From assembly GCA_018715695.1 (NCBI GenBank), contig DVLB01000027.1, positions 6,728 through 70,727 on the forward strand: a DNA stretch of 64,000 nucleotides, in the 5' to 3' direction. Under the pieces are notes generated by a model. The model was not told the DNA's origin. It saw only the letters and a program-made list of their open reading frames with translations, and did not search any database. Origin of the DNA: Candidatus Galloscillospira stercoripullorum (GTDB taxonomy: Bacteria; Bacillota; Clostridia; Oscillospirales; Oscillospiraceae). The position numbers and the translations under genes are program-made. Shown here piece after piece: positions 62,678 through 64,000 of this stretch. Each line of letters begins with the position of its first letter. Positions within the stretch are counted from its first letter, which is position 1.

Positions 62678-64000
62678 TCAGTTGCAGATAAGGGTGCTGC
62701 CGTCCATCTCTTCCGGCTTGTTGAGGCCCATCAGGTCCAGCATGGTGGGGGCGATGTCGGCCAGGCGGCCGTCGCGCAGCTTCACGCTGGCGCCCACGAT
62801 GCAGAAGGGCACGGGGTTGGTGGTGTGGGCGGTATAGGGGGTAATGCCGTCGTCCTCCACCATGCGCTCGGCGTTGCCATGGTCGGCGGTGATCAGGGCC
62901 ACGCCACCCATCTTCCGGGTGGCCTCCACCACCTTGCCTACGCACTCGTCCACCGTCTCAACGGCCAGGCGAGCGGCCTCGTACACACCGGTGTGGCCCA
63001 CCATGTCGCAGTTGGCGAAGTTGAGGATGATCACGTCGTACTCGCCGCTCTCGATGCGCTTTACCGCCTCGTCGGCCACCTCCACGGCGCTCATGGCGGG
63101 CTGGAGGTCGTAGGTGGGCACCTTGGGAGAGGGGATGAGGCAGCGGTCCTCCCCAGGGAAGACCTGCTCCACGCCGCCGTTGAAGAAGAAGGTGACATGG
63201 GCGTACTTCTCGGTCTCGGCGATGCGCAGCTGGGTCAGGCCCAGCTTGGAGACATACTCCCCGAAGGTGTTGTGCAGCTCGTGATGGGGGAAGGCCACGG
63301 TCACACCCGGCATGGTGGCGTCATACTCGGTGGTGCAGACGAACTGGACGCTCTGGAAGCCGTTTTTCCGCTCCACGTCGGTGAAATCGCTATCCACAAA
63401 GCACCGGGTGATCTCCCGTGCACGGTCAGGCCGGAAGTTGAAGAAGATGATGCTATCCCCCTCGCTGACCTTGGCGTTCCGCTCGCAGACCACGGGCACC
63501 ACAAACTCGTCGGTGACCTCGGCGTCATAGGACTTCTGCACCGCCGCCACAGGGTCGTCGCACTTGACACCCTCGCCGCAGGCGATGGCATCGTAGGCCT
63601 TCTGCACCCGGTCCCAGCGCTTGTCCCGGTCCATGGCGTAGTAGCGTCCCATGACGGTGGCGATGGTGCCCACGCCGATCTCCCGGCACTTCTCTACGAG
63701 TTCGGCCACGAAGGCCTTGCCCGAGGCGGGCGGCACGTCCCGGCCATCCAGGAAGCAGTGGATGAACACCTTCTTGAGGCCCCGCTCCTTGGCCATCTTC
63801 AGCAGGGCATAGAGGTGGGTGTTGTGGCTGTGGACGCCGCCGTCGCTCAGAAGACCCATCAGGTGGAGGGCGGTACCCTTCTCCTTGCAGGCGTCCATGG
63901 CGGCGATATAGGCGGGGTTTGCGAAGAAATCCCCGTCGGCAATGGCCTTGGAGATGCGGGGCAGGTCCTGGAACACCACCCGGCCGGCGCCGATGTTGGT
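62678..64000 (-). CDS. gpmI: 2,3-bisphosphoglycerate-independent phosphoglycerate mutase; N-terminus lies right of the window
   Basis: LLSDGGVHSH and ADHGNAE motifs. The frame remains open to the window edge. Confidence 0.92.
   Translation of the reverse strand, partial: TNIGAGRVVFQDLPRISKAIADGDFFANPAYIAAMDACKEKGTALHLMGLLSDGGVHSHNTHLYALLKMAKERGLKKVFIHCFLDGRDVPPASGKAFVAELVEKCREIGVGTIATVMGRYYAMDRDKRWDRVQKAYDAIACGEGVKCDDPVAAVQKSYDAEVTDEFVVPVVCERNAKVSEGDSIIFFNFRPDRAREITRCFVDSDFTDVERKNGFQSVQFVCTTEYDATMPGVTVAFPHHELHNTFGEYVSKLGLTQLRIAETEKYAHVTFFFNGGVEQVFPGEDRCLIPSPKVPTYDLQPAMSAVEVADEAVKRIESGEYDVIILNFANCDMVGHTGVYEAARLAVETVDECVGKVVEATRKMGGVALITADHGNAERMVEDDGITPYTAHTTNPVPFCIVGASVKLRDGRLADIAPTMLDLMGLNKPEEMDGSTLICN

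Overview
This 64-kb window is a G+C-rich chromosomal segment. Its gene content (spoVT, a SleB-like spore-cortex hydrolase, an SLH-domain wall protein, LCP and LtaS-like enzymes) suggests a spore-forming high-GC member of the Clostridia; that placement is inference only. Most of the window is ordinary housekeeping: a Znu-type metal ABC transporter, pepP-efp, a MacAB-like efflux operon, queT, galU, rpsF-ssb-rpsR, pfk, nagA, spoVT, asnS, rnr and an EF-G paralog. It continues with the rimP-nusA-ylxR-L7Ae-infB-rbfA-nrnA-truB-ribF cluster, a NitT/TauT-type ABC transporter, aroF-tyrA, an Rrf2 regulator next to cysK, and eno-gpmI. Three things stand out. (1) An element of about 9.2 kb, visibly richer in A+T, sits at 52029..61205 inside the loop of the eno terminator hairpin. 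Joining the two host flanks restores a perfect 14-bp stem followed by a T-run. The element carries a large serine recombinase, an HUH rolling-circle Rep, a short FtsK-like ATPase and an XRE repressor. It also carries three translationally coupled paralogous membrane proteins, an HTH-plus-helical protein in the most A+T-rich patch, and a roughly 300-nt G+C-rich, heavily stem-forming non-coding block at its left end. (2) A family of 130-190-bp hairpin-mosaic repeats is inserted exactly at gene termini (asnS 3' end, EF-G 3' end, truB 5' end). Each insert is flanked by 40-63-bp duplications of the gene end. In the asnS and EF-G cases the two copies differ only at synonymous positions. (3) A second hairpin-mosaic family occurs at 5066..5345 and 9431..9636, and a three-copy tandem repeat follows efp. 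No rRNA gene, tRNA gene or CRISPR array is supported. Coordinates of starts, hairpins and junctions were read by eye from the sequence, and no database search was possible.
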